From: Candidatus Cloacimonadota bacterium
GTDB lineage: Bacteria; Cloacimonadota; Cloacimonadia; Cloacimonadales; TCS61
Direction: 5' to 3'
Length of the DNA stretch: 64,000 nt
Assembly (NCBI GenBank): GCA_018400535.1
Contig: JAGYMQ010000047.1
Coordinates: 4,997 to 68,996, forward strand
The notes beneath the pieces are model-generated. The model ran no database searches and was not told the origin of the DNA. It saw only the letters and a program-made list of their open reading frames with translations. The position numbers were made by a program, and so were the translations under genes. Each line of letters starts with the position of its first letter. Positions within the stretch are counted from its first letter, which is position 1. Shown piece after piece: positions 18,911 through 29,709 of this stretch.

Positions 18911-19714
18911 TTATTTTACGATCTTTTCTTTCAAGAAAAAATTGCATTTCTGGAAGATTTTATTCACTTTTTCTGAATTTGGTAAGACAGCTTTGATCTT
19001 TTCCAGGAATTTTCTTTCTGCGATTCTCTGAAAGGTAGGTAAAAAATTAATGTCAAAGATCCATGCTATTTGCAAAACTTTGAAATCATTGAAGTTGGAT
19101 AAATTTTCTGACTTCACGATCCGTTCCTGCATAATATCAGTAAAAACCGCAGCAGAAATTCCAGCCGTATCTGGCAATTCCAACTCGATCGCATCATTTT
19201 TTTCCGATTGAGCATAATAATCCGTTACAACTTTAAAAATATCCAATTTATCAGCATCGCGCAAAAGTCGGGAAAAAAAACGGATATTTTTATCTTGAAT
19301 CGGTGGCAATTCAGCCCGATTGTGATAGCGAATAGATTTGATGATCATTTCTTGAAGCTCTGGCTGAAATTCCATAAAAAGCTTTTCTTGTTGAATTATT
19401 TTGACACCCAATTTTGCGTGATCTTCCGATCTGCTATCTTTGAAAGTGCCATAATTTTTGAATTGGGTAAATCTGCCAATATCATGAAATAGGCCGATCA
19501 ATTCTGCACATAATATTTTTTGGAAAGGTAAATCCAATTTCTGTGCCAGCTCTTTGATCTCTTTCCTGACGCGACGCGAGTGCATTTCCTTCATTTTGAT
19601 GTTCTTTTGAAAATAGGGATCATGGTTTTGTTTGAATCTGGCCAGATAATCAGAAAACCAGTTTTCATATTCAGCGATCTTTTTCTCCGATAAATCCATA
19701 AAAAAATTTTCCAT
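18911..19714 (-). CDS. HD-domain metal-dependent phosphohydrolase
   Basis: HSRRV, FHDIGRF, DHA, YHN, DADKLD. ATG 19714 or 19699 is likelier than the ORF-track start 19852. Confidence 0.82.
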   Translation of the reverse strand: MENFFMDLSEKKIAEYENWFSDYLARFKQNHDPYFQKNIKMKEMHSRRVRKEIKELAQKLDLPFQKILCAELIGLFHDIGRFTQFKNYGTFKDSRSEDHAKLGVKIIQQEKLFMEFQPELQEMIIKSIRYHNRAELPPIQDKNIRFFSRLLRDADKLDIFKVVTDYYAQSEKNDAIELELPDTAGISAAVFTDIMQERIVKSENLSNFNDFKVLQIAWIFDINFLPTFQRIAERKFLEKIKAVLPNSEKVNKIFQKCNFFLKEKIVK

Positions 19715-19937
19715 AAGATATTTTTCTCTCGTTTTTTGAACAAAGTTTTTTTCCAAAGAATGTTTGTAAAGTCTATTTGATCTTTTTCCAGGATTGAGGA
19801 AAAATGAACTACATAAAGCAAAGTTTGGATTGAACAAAAAAAAATTCGACAAAAATATCAGCTCGATTCAAATTGCAATAAGATCATAATTAAAATAAAA
19901 ATTGAGTTGAAATCGCTTGCTCAGAAAAGAGGTTGTT

Positions 19938-22232
19938 TTGAAAAAAAAATTAGATGAAAAGCTGATCGCTGTTTTATCAGCAAAAAATCTTTCGCTATCC
20001 CAAAAAATTAATAATTTAGAAACGATCGATGCTGATTTTCATAACAAAAAAATTTTCCAGAATTTTAGTTCAGCACTCGAATCTCTACCTACAAAAAAGC
20101 ACAAACTTTTGCCAATCATCGGTTATATCCATTATCAAAAAAAAGATTTTGAGCAAGCTATCGATTTTTTGGAAAATTCGCTCAAGCTTCACCAACAAAT
20201 TATCTCTGATAAAATCAGAACAGATATTCTGGAAAAGCTGTCAAATATCTATGAGATCAAGAAAGAAAAAGAAAACTCCGTGCGGATCTTGCAAGAAGGC
20301 TTGAAATTAACTGCAACAAATGACGATAAAAAAGGTGAATTATTTTTCAGCAGCTGTTTGGGAACACACTACTTACAGATACGAGATTTCAAGCGTGCTA
20401 TGCATTATCACAAAAGATCACTCGAGATCAGCATCGAATTGAAGGATCGCAAAAAAGAATCTGTCTGTTTGAATCATATTGGCGTCGTCTATTACACGAT
20501 CGAAAATTATGAAAAAGCACTGGAATATATTTTAAGATCTTTTGAACTCCGCAAGAAAGGAGAAAACAAACATTATCTGGGAAATTCTTTGAATAATATC
20601 GGTGTGATCTATCAACATCTGGAGAAATTTGAAAAATCGGTAGAAGTCATTGAAAAAGCGTTGAAAATCCATGAATCGATCAATAACAAAGAAGGCATCT
20701 CTACTTCTTTGAATAATCTGGGCACTGCTTATGATCGATTGGAAAAATTTGAAAAAGCACTTCAATGCCATTTAAAAAATCTGGCACTTCGCCAAGAAAT
20801 TGATGATAAATCCAGAATTCTCTCGTCAATGAGCAATATTGGCAATGTCTATAAAAATTCTGGTGATTTCGCAAAAGCGCTTGAATATTATCAGCGTTCA
20901 CTAAACGATTTCACAGACTATCTCACAGATGCAGATAAAGTTATCTTATATACAAATTTAGGTAGCGTTTATATGGAATTGCAAAATTATCAGAAGGCAG
21001 AAAAGTTTTTTTTGGCAGGAGAAAAGATCGCTGAGAAAATAGATTCAAAAGAATCGCTGAAATCTATTTACAATTATTTATCAGACCATTTTGAGCGCCT
21101 TCAGGAACACAAACAATCTCTAAAATATTTCAAGAAATATACTCAATTGAAAGATGAATTTCATCAAAAGCATACCAGTAAAAAAATTCTGGAATTGCAA
21201 TTAAATTTCGAAATTGAGCAACAAGAAAAAGAACACGAGATCAATAAACTAAAAAAGTTCAGCAACAAATATTCTTTGATCAATAAAGATCTGGAACAAC
21301 GGATCGAAAAAGAATTTTTGGGAGAAAGCAAAGCTATCCGATCGATCATCAAAGAAACTCTGAATGTGGCAAAATATAAGGATACAAACGTGATCATTAC
21401 AGGCGAAAGTGGAACTGGTAAAGAGATCATCGCTCGTATCATTCATCACGCCAGCGTTAGAAAAAGCTATGGTTTCTATCCAATAAACTGCACAGCAATT
21501 CCTGACACCTTATTGGAAAGCGAATTTTTTGGACATAAAAAAGGAAGTTTTACAAATGCGATAAATGATAAAAAAGGGTTCTTTGAATTAGCGCATAAGG
21601 GAACATTATTTTTGGATGAAATCGCTGATATGCCATTAAATTTACAGGCAAAATTATTGCGTGTGCTCGAAGAAAAAAAGCTAAAAAAATTGGGAGATGA
21701 AAAAGAAATTTTTATTGACGTCCGCATTATCGCAGCTTCCAATCGAGATATCGAAAAATTAGTGGAAAAAGAAAAATTTAGATTAGACCTTTATCATCGA
21801 ATAAATACCCTTATAATTAATATTCCTCCTTTGCGCCAAAGACCAGAGGATATTCAGCCATTGTTAAATTATTTCATCGAAAAATTTAAACATAAATTCA
21901 ATATTCCCGAGTTGAAAATTGATAATAATCTGCTAGATCATCTTCATCATTATAATTTTCCTGGCAATGTGCGAGAGCTGAAAAATCTCGTCGAACGAGC
22001 TTTGATCATCTGTGATAATAACATTTTGGATAGCAGTTGTTTTCCGATCTTGACAGCAAAAGAACAAGCTCAGGAATTCACAGACCTAAATATCAAAAAA
22101 AATGAAGAACAACTCATTCGCTCCGCTTTAGAAAAAACTGGCAATAATCAGACTAAAGCAGCAAAAATTCTCGGTATCTCTCGTCATACTTTAATGAGAA
22201 GAATTGCTGAAATGAGAAAATCAAGAACCTAA
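19938..22232 (+). CDS. TPR-repeat sigma-54-interacting transcriptional activator (TPR-AAA+-Fis HTH)
   Basis: MalT/Rap-like TPRs (SLNNIGVIY, SLNNLGTAY); GESGTGKE, ESEFFGHKKGSFTNA, LFLDEI, FRLDLYHR, FPGNVREL; NQTKAAKILGISRHTL. GAGG RBS before TTG 19938. Confidence 0.88.
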   Translation: MKKKLDEKLIAVLSAKNLSLSQKINNLETIDADFHNKKIFQNFSSALESLPTKKHKLLPIIGYIHYQKKDFEQAIDFLENSLKLHQQIISDKIRTDILEKLSNIYEIKKEKENSVRILQEGLKLTATNDDKKGELFFSSCLGTHYLQIRDFKRAMHYHKRSLEISIELKDRKKESVCLNHIGVVYYTIENYEKALEYILRSFELRKKGENKHYLGNSLNNIGVIYQHLEKFEKSVEVIEKALKIHESINNKEGISTSLNNLGTAYDRLEKFEKALQCHLKNLALRQEIDDKSRILSSMSNIGNVYKNSGDFAKALEYYQRSLNDFTDYLTDADKVILYTNLGSVYMELQNYQKAEKFFLAGEKIAEKIDSKESLKSIYNYLSDHFERLQEHKQSLKYFKKYTQLKDEFHQKHTSKKILELQLNFEIEQQEKEHEINKLKKFSNKYSLINKDLEQRIEKEFLGESKAIRSIIKETLNVAKYKDTNVIITGESGTGKEIIARIIHHASVRKSYGFYPINCTAIPDTLLESEFFGHKKGSFTNAINDKKGFFELAHKGTLFLDEIADMPLNLQAKLLRVLEEKKLKKLGDEKEIFIDVRIIAASNRDIEKLVEKEKFRLDLYHRINTLIINIPPLRQRPEDIQPLLNYFIEKFKHKFNIPELKIDNNLLDHLHHYNFPGNVRELKNLVERALIICDNNILDSSCFPILTAKEQAQEFTDLNIKKNEEQLIRSALEKTGNNQTKAAKILGISRHTLMRRIAEMRKSRT

Positions 22233-22260
22233 TTTTTCAATCGCTGATATTTGTTTAAAA

Positions 22261-22899
22261 TCAATTATCCTTCCAGAAATATTTGTGTAATTGGATTTGG
22301 AATCTTATCGGAAGCTTATCAGCAATGATCCAATCAGCCAAAAAATGAGGTTCCAAAATTTCTGAAACTGGTGAAAAAATAATCCGATATTCAAAAATTT
22401 TAAATCGAAAAATAAATTTTTTCGCCCATTCATAATCCCATTTATTTGTGATGACAAATTTGATCTCGTCCTTTTCAGGATCGATGAAGCGAAAATTTTC
22501 CATCAAAAAACTGCCTTCTTCCCCACTTTCAGGGCATTTAACATCGACAATCTTGATAACATAATCCGGAACTTTTTCCAGACTGAGTGAGCCGTTTGTT
22601 TCCAATAAAAGCGTGAACTTTTTTTGGTGTAAAGCATGAAATAGCATGTAAACTTCATCTTGTAAAAGCGGTTCTCCACCAGTGATCTCAACCAGATTTA
22701 CCGGCGAATATTCTTCGATCTTTTCAATTATTTCATCAACCGAAAGTCCAAATTTTGTTTCAAAAGCAAAAGTTGTATCGCAATAATTGCAGCGCAGATT
22801 GCAGCCAGCCAATCGAATAAAAAGACAGGGAAATCCAGCGAAACTTGATTCACCTTGCAAACTATAAAAGATCTCAGCCAGATCTAATTTTTTGTTCAT
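22261..22899 (-). CDS. queE: 7-carboxy-7-deazaguanine synthase (radical SAM)
   Basis: EIFYSLQGE, RLAGCNLRCNYCDT, ITGGEPLLQ, LETNG, QLHK. Confidence 0.9.
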   Translation of the reverse strand: MNKKLDLAEIFYSLQGESSFAGFPCLFIRLAGCNLRCNYCDTTFAFETKFGLSVDEIIEKIEEYSPVNLVEITGGEPLLQDEVYMLFHALHQKKFTLLLETNGSLSLEKVPDYVIKIVDVKCPESGEEGSFLMENFRFIDPEKDEIKFVITNKWDYEWAKKFIFRFKIFEYRIIFSPVSEILEPHFLADWIIADKLPIRFQIQLHKYFWKDN

Positions 22900-22938
22900 C
22901 GAAAAAAATCTTTTTTCTACATTTTCTGCGGAAAAAAC

Positions 22939-24138
22939 TCAAAAAGGTAAGAAAGGAAAATCTTTTTTGTAACCCAATTTTTGATTGATCCTTTTCAACA
23001 CTTTTTCAGGATGTCCGATCACAAAACGATCTTTGCCAAAGAAATAGTAATTTTCTGGATTGATCTCGAAATTAGATAAAAATTCTCTGTTGCCATAAAT
23101 TGGAATTCCTTGATAAACAAAAAGTTGGATGTCATTAATATCAGATTCAAGCAAGTTTGCAAAAGGATCTTCTGATCTTTTTTTCATTATCAACAAATCA
23201 GGATTTTCTTCTGTAAGTTTGCCAAAATGATCTTCCAGCATCAAAGCTCTTTTCGCATTTACCGTTACCATTTTAAAAAGTTCTTTCGGATCAATCTCGG
23301 GAAAAGCGCGAGCTGCAATATTCATTTCGGTGAGAATATTCAAGCTTCCTGTCATTGTGGAATCTGTGCCTAACACAATGTTCGTTCCATATTCCAAACA
23401 GGATTCGACATCCAAAGTTTCTCCGATCAGATAAAAATTTGAATCTGGACACCAGCAGATGGAAGTTCCAGTTTCAGAACAGGTTTTAATTTCTTCCTTC
23501 GTGAGCGCAATGCCATGAATTAGCATCGTATTATTTTGCAATAAACCCTGTTCCCGTAAAATTGAAAAACTTTTCCGGGCAGAATCATCTTTGCCTTCAG
23601 CCAGATGGATGATGAAGGGGATTTTCCCTTTTGTTCTTTCCCACTCACTTTTTGCTTTACTACCACCCCACCAGTTTCCCATCGAAATGGAATGACATTG
23701 CATATAGTTTTGGAGAACTGTGATCGGATTATTTTGATAATAATCTGCTTTCTGATTTGGAATATGATCTTGAACCACAGCACAACCAGAGCAGATATTT
23801 TTGTAAAGTCCCAACTGAATTATCAAATTCGCGTCAGGATCGGTCAGATCAAAATTTCCGTCATTAACCCAAATTTTTTTTCTTTCTTCGACAGATTTGG
23901 ATTTGACCATTTCTTTCACCCATTGGCTGGCATTATCATATCTGTGACCAAAACCCGCTTTGGGATACCAATCGCTGATAAAATGATCGTGGGAATTGAT
24001 GAAAGGTGGATATGCGATCAAATCTGGATGATTGATCTTTCTGGATTTGGATAATGAACTCTGTAATTTTACTGTGGCATTTTTCTTTACTGAGCCGGAA
24101 TTCAGAACACAATAATCAACTTTTATTTCCATGATCAC
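22939..24138 (-). CDS. Metal-dependent amidohydrolase
   Basis: INSHDH (HxH), IHLAEG, IHG, WCPDSN, LGTDS. Confidence 0.8.
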   Translation of the reverse strand: MIMEIKVDYCVLNSGSVKKNATVKLQSSLSKSRKINHPDLIAYPPFINSHDHFISDWYPKAGFGHRYDNASQWVKEMVKSKSVEERKKIWVNDGNFDLTDPDANLIIQLGLYKNICSGCAVVQDHIPNQKADYYQNNPITVLQNYMQCHSISMGNWWGGSKAKSEWERTKGKIPFIIHLAEGKDDSARKSFSILREQGLLQNNTMLIHGIALTKEEIKTCSETGTSICWCPDSNFYLIGETLDVESCLEYGTNIVLGTDSTMTGSLNILTEMNIAARAFPEIDPKELFKMVTVNAKRALMLEDHFGKLTEENPDLLIMKKRSEDPFANLLESDINDIQLFVYQGIPIYGNREFLSNFEINPENYYFFGKDRFVIGHPEKVLKRINQKLGYKKDFPFLPF

Positions 24139-25310
24139 AATTTCTTAATTAGTGCAGGCACGACTTCAAAGAGATCACCAACGAGGCCAAGATCTGCCAC
24201 TTTAAAGATGGGCGCATCAGCATCTTTATTTATAGCAATGATATAATCTGATGATTGCATCCCGGCAAGATGTTGGATAGCTCCAGAAATTCCTACCGCA
24301 ATATAGATCTTCGGTTTGATCGTCTTTCCAGTTTGACCAACTTGATGCGGATAGGCTATCCATTCTGAATCGACAGCAGCTCGTGAAGCACCGACGGCTG
24401 CATCCAATTTCTCTGCCAATTCTTCGAGTAATGCAAAATTTTCTTTTTTCTTCAATCCTCTGCCACCGGAGATGACAAAATCTGCTTCTGTAAGATTGAT
24501 TGTTTGCGTATCATCATGAATAAATTCCAGATATTTTGAAGAATCATCTAAGTCAGAGAAATCAATTTTTTCAGTAATGATCTCACCTTTTCTATTTTCA
24601 TCTTTGACAGCTGGATCCATCACTTTATGTCTAACTGTCGCCATTTGTGGTAAATGATCAGGCGTGATGATCGTTGCCATTATGTTTCCGCCAAAAGCGG
24701 GCCTTGTCTGCAAAAGTCCGCCGCTCTCTTCGTCGATCTCCAGACTTGTGCAATCAGCCGTCAAGCCAGTGTGCAGATCAATCGCCACGCGCGGAATAAA
24801 AGATCTTCCTGTAACCGTAGCTCCCGATAAAATAATCTCAGGATTGTATTTTTGTGCGAGCAAGGTAAGAGCTCTGGCATAGGAAAGATCAAGAAAATTT
24901 TCCAGTTTTGGATGATCAACTACAAAAACTTTATCCGCCCCAAAATTGATAAGTTCATCGGCAAGCGGTTTGATCTTATTTCCCAGCAAAACAGCACCGA
25001 GATAGGTTTCCTTTTTCTGAGCTAATTCTTTTCCCTTTCCCAGTAATTCGTAAACAACAGGAGCTAATTCTTTGTTCTTTTGTTCAGCAAATATCCAGAT
25101 ACCTTCATATTTATTTCTATCAATTTTATGATGTCCAAATTTCCTGATAATGATCGCATCAAAAGAGCAAGCACTGACACAAGCACCACAAAGCGTGCAC
25201 TTGTCCATATCGATCTCTGCGAGCTTATCTACCATGACAATAGCATCATAGGCACATGCTTTCACACATACGCCACAGCCTACACATTTTTCCTTAATAA
25301 CTTCAATCAT
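24135..25310 (-). CDS. etfA: Electron transfer flavoprotein alpha subunit with N-terminal 2x[4Fe-4S] ferredoxin domain
   Basis: CVGCGVCVKAC and CTLCGACVSAC; GLTADC, RPAFGGN, SGGRG, VGASRAAVD, QVGQTG, GISGAIQHLAG. Confidence 0.92.
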   Translation of the reverse strand: MIEVIKEKCVGCGVCVKACAYDAIVMVDKLAEIDMDKCTLCGACVSACSFDAIIIRKFGHHKIDRNKYEGIWIFAEQKNKELAPVVYELLGKGKELAQKKETYLGAVLLGNKIKPLADELINFGADKVFVVDHPKLENFLDLSYARALTLLAQKYNPEIILSGATVTGRSFIPRVAIDLHTGLTADCTSLEIDEESGGLLQTRPAFGGNIMATIITPDHLPQMATVRHKVMDPAVKDENRKGEIITEKIDFSDLDDSSKYLEFIHDDTQTINLTEADFVISGGRGLKKKENFALLEELAEKLDAAVGASRAAVDSEWIAYPHQVGQTGKTIKPKIYIAVGISGAIQHLAGMQSSDYIIAINKDADAPIFKVADLGLVGDLFEVVPALIKKL

Positions 25311-25665
25311 TCCTGTCCCTCTAAAAAATGTTTGATTTTACATAAATTTTGCAATAAATTGAGTCAAGTTTTAAAATTTATTTTTGCTTCAATTCTCCAA
25401 AAATATCAAAAAAAATACGTTTTGAAATTTCCAATCGATAAAATTTTTTAAAAACAAGATCAGAAATAGAAGCAAAATGTGGTCTTCTCTTTCTGAACTT
25501 TGATCAAACAGCATTGATCAAAAGAATACAAAAAAATGTTTGGAATTTTTCTGAAAATTAATTCTGCATTATCTGGTAAACAATATATTTTCTTGACTCT
25601 TGGATTACACGTGATAATAAAGGAAACGAGTTTGTTAAGAATTAATTCTGTGAGGAGAATAGAAA

Positions 25666-28176
25666 ATGATTTTTAAAAAATACTTTTCTGCTTTAATTTT
25701 TTTATTGATCCATTCAATGTTTCTATTTTCCTCACAAGCTGAAAAAACGATCAAAGTTGGAGTTTACGATAATTATCCTAAAGTGATCCTAACCGAAGCT
25801 GGTGAGATCAAAGGGATATTTCCAGAAATCCTGGAAATTATTGCTCACAAACAAAACTGGAAACTTGATTTTGTTACAGGTTCCTGGAGTGAAGGATTGC
25901 AACGTTTGAAAAATGGCGAGATCGATATCATGGTTGATGTCGCTTTATCGGAAAAAAGGCGGAAAATATATGATTTCAACAATATCTCTGTCTTGCTCAG
26001 TTGGGGTCGAATTTACACAACTCCCGATGAAGAAATAAATTCCATCATTGCTTTGGAAGGAAAAACGATCGCGGTGATGAAAAACAGCATTCTTACTAAT
26101 GGTGAAGATGGAATTTACAGTCTGATAAAAAAATACGAAGTGGACTGTGAATTTCAGGAAGTGAAAGATTATTATCAAGTTTTTGAGCTATTGGACAAAA
26201 AAAAGGTCGATGCTGGCATTGTGAATCGTCAATTCGGTGCAGCTTTTGAAGATAAATATATCGTAAAAAAAAGTGATTTCCTGTTTTATCCTACCCCGCT
26301 CCGCTATGCCTTTTCCAAAGATGCTGATCACAACGACTATTTGATCGAAAAGATAGATGACAATCTGGACAAAATGAAAAAGAATATGAACTCAGAATAC
26401 TACCAAATCTTGACCAACTATAATCTTTATCCAAAAAAAAAATTACCGCCTTTAATTATTCCAATGATCCTTGGTCTCTTTGGATTGATCATTATTTTAC
26501 TCATTCTTTACAAAGGCCTAAAATGGCAGATCAAGAAACAAACGCAGATGCTCAAAACTACAAATTTAGAATTAAGAAAGGAAATTGAAAACCATCGACA
26601 AACTTATAAAAAATTAAAGCAAAGCAGGGAAAATTATCGTAATTTTGTAGAAAATATTCCTGGAATAGTTTTTATGTATGATCAAGATGAATCTGGTAAT
26701 CGCACTCCGATCATACATTCCCAACGCTATAAAACATTTTTTGGGGAAAAAATCGCCGAAGAGATCAAAAAAGATTACAATAAATTCTTCGAATATATCG
26801 TACCAGAAGATCGAAAAAGACTTCAACAATTTTCTAATGATATATCAAATTATATAAAAAATTTGGATATTGAATATCGAATCAGAATTGCCGAAGATAA
26901 AATTAATTGGTTCAGGTCTATTGGCAAAGTCAAAAAATTGGCAAATGGAAAATATCGCTGGCAGGGTGTGCTCCTTGACGTGGAAGCAAAGAAAAAGGCA
27001 GAAGAAGCTCTTGAATTAGCAGCTTTTCAGTGGCAAACAACTTTTGACTCTTCTCATGACGTAATATTTTTATTGGACAAAGATCAAAAAGTCTTACAGG
27101 CAAACAAAGCTTCCAAAGAAATTTTTGGTTTCGATTCTGAAGAAGATTCAAAAAAATATTGTTACGAAATTATTCATAACTCGCATGAACCAATCCCAGA
27201 TTGTCCTTTCACCCGCATGAAAAAATCGGGAAAAAGAGAAACAAAGGAATTAGAATTGGAAAATGGTGTGTGGCTATTGATCACTATCGATCCAATTCTG
27301 GACGAAAATGAAAACCTCGTGGGTGCAGTCCATAATGTTCGTGAGATCACAGAAAGAAAAAAAGCTGAACAAAAATTACATTTATACCGCACCGATCTGG
27401 AAAAATTGGTAAGACAGCGCACGAAAGATCTGGAGCAAAAAACAAGTGAATTGGAAAAAGCAAATCGTGAATTGCTCGAAGCTGATAAACTGAAATCCAT
27501 TTTCCTCGCAAGTATGAGTCATGAATTGCGAACACCGCTAAATTCAATCATCGGATTCACGGGAATACTATTAATGGGAATGGTGGGAGATCTTTCAGAA
27601 GAGCAACGCAAACAACTGGAGATCGTGAAAAAAAGTGCAAATCATCTATTAGAACTGATCAATGATCTGTTGGATATATCCAAAATCGAATCGGGAAGAG
27701 TGCAGCTCTCACAGGAATTTTTCTCAATCAATGATTTAATCCAAAATGTGATTGAATCTCTTCAACATACAGCAGCTGAAAAAGGCATTAAGATCAAACA
27801 AGATTTACCACAGAAGATCGAACAATATTCTGATCAAAGAAGAACAAAACAGATCATCATCAATTTGCTCAGTAATGCTGTAAAATTTACTGAAGAAGGC
27901 TATATCTCTATCACTGCCAAAAAAGTTGATGGTCACAAATTGGAAATAATCTTCGAAGACACAGGAATCGGAATTGAAACAAAAGACCTGAACAAACTTT
28001 TTGAACCTTTCCAACAAATCGATTCTTCTCTGACAAAAAAATATGATGGAAGTGGATTAGGCTTGCATCTAACCAAAAAGATCGTCGAACTTTTCAAAGG
28101 CTCTATCGAAGTGAAAAGTAAACCAGGCATTGGAACAAAATTTAAGGTTTTACTACCGTTATATGAGGGTAAATAA
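25666..28176 (+). CDS. Sensor histidine kinase (periplasmic PBPb, PAS domains, HisKA, HATPase)
   Basis: Signal peptide, amino-acid-binding-protein-like domain, TM, PAS (KKYCYEIIH..CPF), MSHELRTPLN, NAVKFT, DTGIG, GSGLGL. Confidence 0.9.
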   Translation: MIFKKYFSALIFLLIHSMFLFSSQAEKTIKVGVYDNYPKVILTEAGEIKGIFPEILEIIAHKQNWKLDFVTGSWSEGLQRLKNGEIDIMVDVALSEKRRKIYDFNNISVLLSWGRIYTTPDEEINSIIALEGKTIAVMKNSILTNGEDGIYSLIKKYEVDCEFQEVKDYYQVFELLDKKKVDAGIVNRQFGAAFEDKYIVKKSDFLFYPTPLRYAFSKDADHNDYLIEKIDDNLDKMKKNMNSEYYQILTNYNLYPKKKLPPLIIPMILGLFGLIIILLILYKGLKWQIKKQTQMLKTTNLELRKEIENHRQTYKKLKQSRENYRNFVENIPGIVFMYDQDESGNRTPIIHSQRYKTFFGEKIAEEIKKDYNKFFEYIVPEDRKRLQQFSNDISNYIKNLDIEYRIRIAEDKINWFRSIGKVKKLANGKYRWQGVLLDVEAKKKAEEALELAAFQWQTTFDSSHDVIFLLDKDQKVLQANKASKEIFGFDSEEDSKKYCYEIIHNSHEPIPDCPFTRMKKSGKRETKELELENGVWLLITIDPILDENENLVGAVHNVREITERKKAEQKLHLYRTDLEKLVRQRTKDLEQKTSELEKANRELLEADKLKSIFLASMSHELRTPLNSIIGFTGILLMGMVGDLSEEQRKQLEIVKKSANHLLELINDLLDISKIESGRVQLSQEFFSINDLIQNVIESLQHTAAEKGIKIKQDLPQKIEQYSDQRRTKQIIINLLSNAVKFTEEGYISITAKKVDGHKLEIIFEDTGIGIETKDLNKLFEPFQQIDSSLTKKYDGSGLGLHLTKKIVELFKGSIEVKSKPGIGTKFKVLLPLYEGK

Positions 28177-28177
28177 T

Positions 28178-28552
28178 ATGAAGACAGTTTTGCTGGTCGA
28201 AGATAACGAAGCAAATCAATATCTGATCAGATTCATTTTGGAAAAGAATGGTCTGAAAGTCATCACCACAAAAAATGGTCTCAACGGAGTTAAAATAGCA
28301 TTGGAAAAACAACCAGAGCTTGTTATCATGGATGTTCAATTGCCAGACATCAACGGACTGAATGCCACCAGAAAGATCAGAGAGCATCCAGATGGTAAGG
28401 ATTTGAAGATAATAGCCCTCACCTCGTATGCAATGACGGGAGATCGCGATAAAGCACTGGCAGCGGGTTGCACAGGCTATATGGAAAAGCCGATAGATCC
28501 AAAGAATTTTATGATAGAGATAAAAAAATATCTATCAGAAGGAAGATCATGA
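28178..28552 (+). CDS. Single-domain response regulator (CheY/DivK-like)
   Basis: VLLVEDNE, MDVQLP, ALTSYAMTGD, EKPID; GAGG RBS before ATG 28178. Confidence 0.9.
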   Translation: MKTVLLVEDNEANQYLIRFILEKNGLKVITTKNGLNGVKIALEKQPELVIMDVQLPDINGLNATRKIREHPDGKDLKIIALTSYAMTGDRDKALAAGCTGYMEKPIDPKNFMIEIKKYLSEGRS

Positions 28553-29709
28553 GAATTTTAATCGTGGAAGATAAACAGGAATCAAGATATCTATTAAAAG
28601 TTTTATTGAAAAAAAACGGTTATGAAGTTGTTGCTGCAAAAAATGGAAAAATTGCTTTGGAGATGATTGATGATAACAGAATCGACTTGATCATTAGCGA
28701 TATTTTGATGCCAGAAATGGATGGATTTAAATTCTGTCAATTGATCAAAAAAGATCAAAGAAAAAAAAATATTCCTTTCGTTTTTTACACGGCCACCTAC
28801 ATTGATCAAAAAGATGAAAAATTCGCAAAAGATCTCGGGGCAGATTTATTTCTCAGAAAACCAATCGAACCAGAAATTTTCCTGAAAAAAATCGAGAGTA
28901 TTGCTTCCAAACTGCAACAAGGAAAATATGTTCCCCAAGAAACAAAGCTGAAAAATAATGGAGAAATCTATCATCTTTATAATGAAAGATTGATCAAAAA
29001 ACTTGAAGACAAGATCAATGAATTGGAAAAGGAGGTCGAAAAACGAACCAAAATCGAGCTAGAATTGCAGAAGACAATTCAAGAAAAAAATACGCTACTT
29101 CAGGAATTATATCATCGCACTAAAAATAATTTGCAAGTGATCTCTTCTATGATGCGTTTGAAATCTTCGTATCTACAAAATAGAGAAATTGAAAAGATTT
29201 TTCACGAAATTGAAAATAAAATTTTGTGTATGGCTCTGGTTCATCAAAAGCTCTATGAATCAAAAAATCTATCACAACTCTCCTTGAAAAAATATTTTCA
29301 AAGTATCACCGAACTTCTGAAAAAAAGTTTGGTCTCCAAACCGCAAAACATCAAGATCCAGATCTGCGGTGACGAGATCGAAGTGCTGATCGATACCGCA
29401 ATGCCGCTGGGAATTGCGCTGAACGAAATTATCACTAATTCCATTAACCATGCTTTCCCTGATCATCAAAAAGGCGAGATAAAGATCAAGCTTCAATTAA
29501 CCAATGATAATGAAATGGTCATCGACATTTCTGACAACGGCATTGGCTTACCCGATAATTTTGATCAAAATAACGATCTGGGATTTGGTTTACAGACCGT
29601 GAAAGATCTCGTAACATATCAATTGCAAGGCAAATTTATGTTGATCCAAGACAAAAGTTTTCATTGTAAAATAATTGTTAAGGAAGGTCTCTATGAACCA
29701 AGAATTTAA
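28549..29709 (+). CDS. Receiver-fused histidine kinase (REC + HisKA_2 + HATPase)
   Basis: ILIVEDK, SDILMP, ELYHRTKNNLQVI, NEIITNS, DNGIGL; ATGA overlap with the previous gene. Confidence 0.88.
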   Translation: MRILIVEDKQESRYLLKVLLKKNGYEVVAAKNGKIALEMIDDNRIDLIISDILMPEMDGFKFCQLIKKDQRKKNIPFVFYTATYIDQKDEKFAKDLGADLFLRKPIEPEIFLKKIESIASKLQQGKYVPQETKLKNNGEIYHLYNERLIKKLEDKINELEKEVEKRTKIELELQKTIQEKNTLLQELYHRTKNNLQVISSMMRLKSSYLQNREIEKIFHEIENKILCMALVHQKLYESKNLSQLSLKKYFQSITELLKKSLVSKPQNIKIQICGDEIEVLIDTAMPLGIALNEIITNSINHAFPDHQKGEIKIKLQLTNDNEMVIDISDNGIGLPDNFDQNNDLGFGLQTVKDLVTYQLQGKFMLIQDKSFHCKIIVKEGLYEPRI

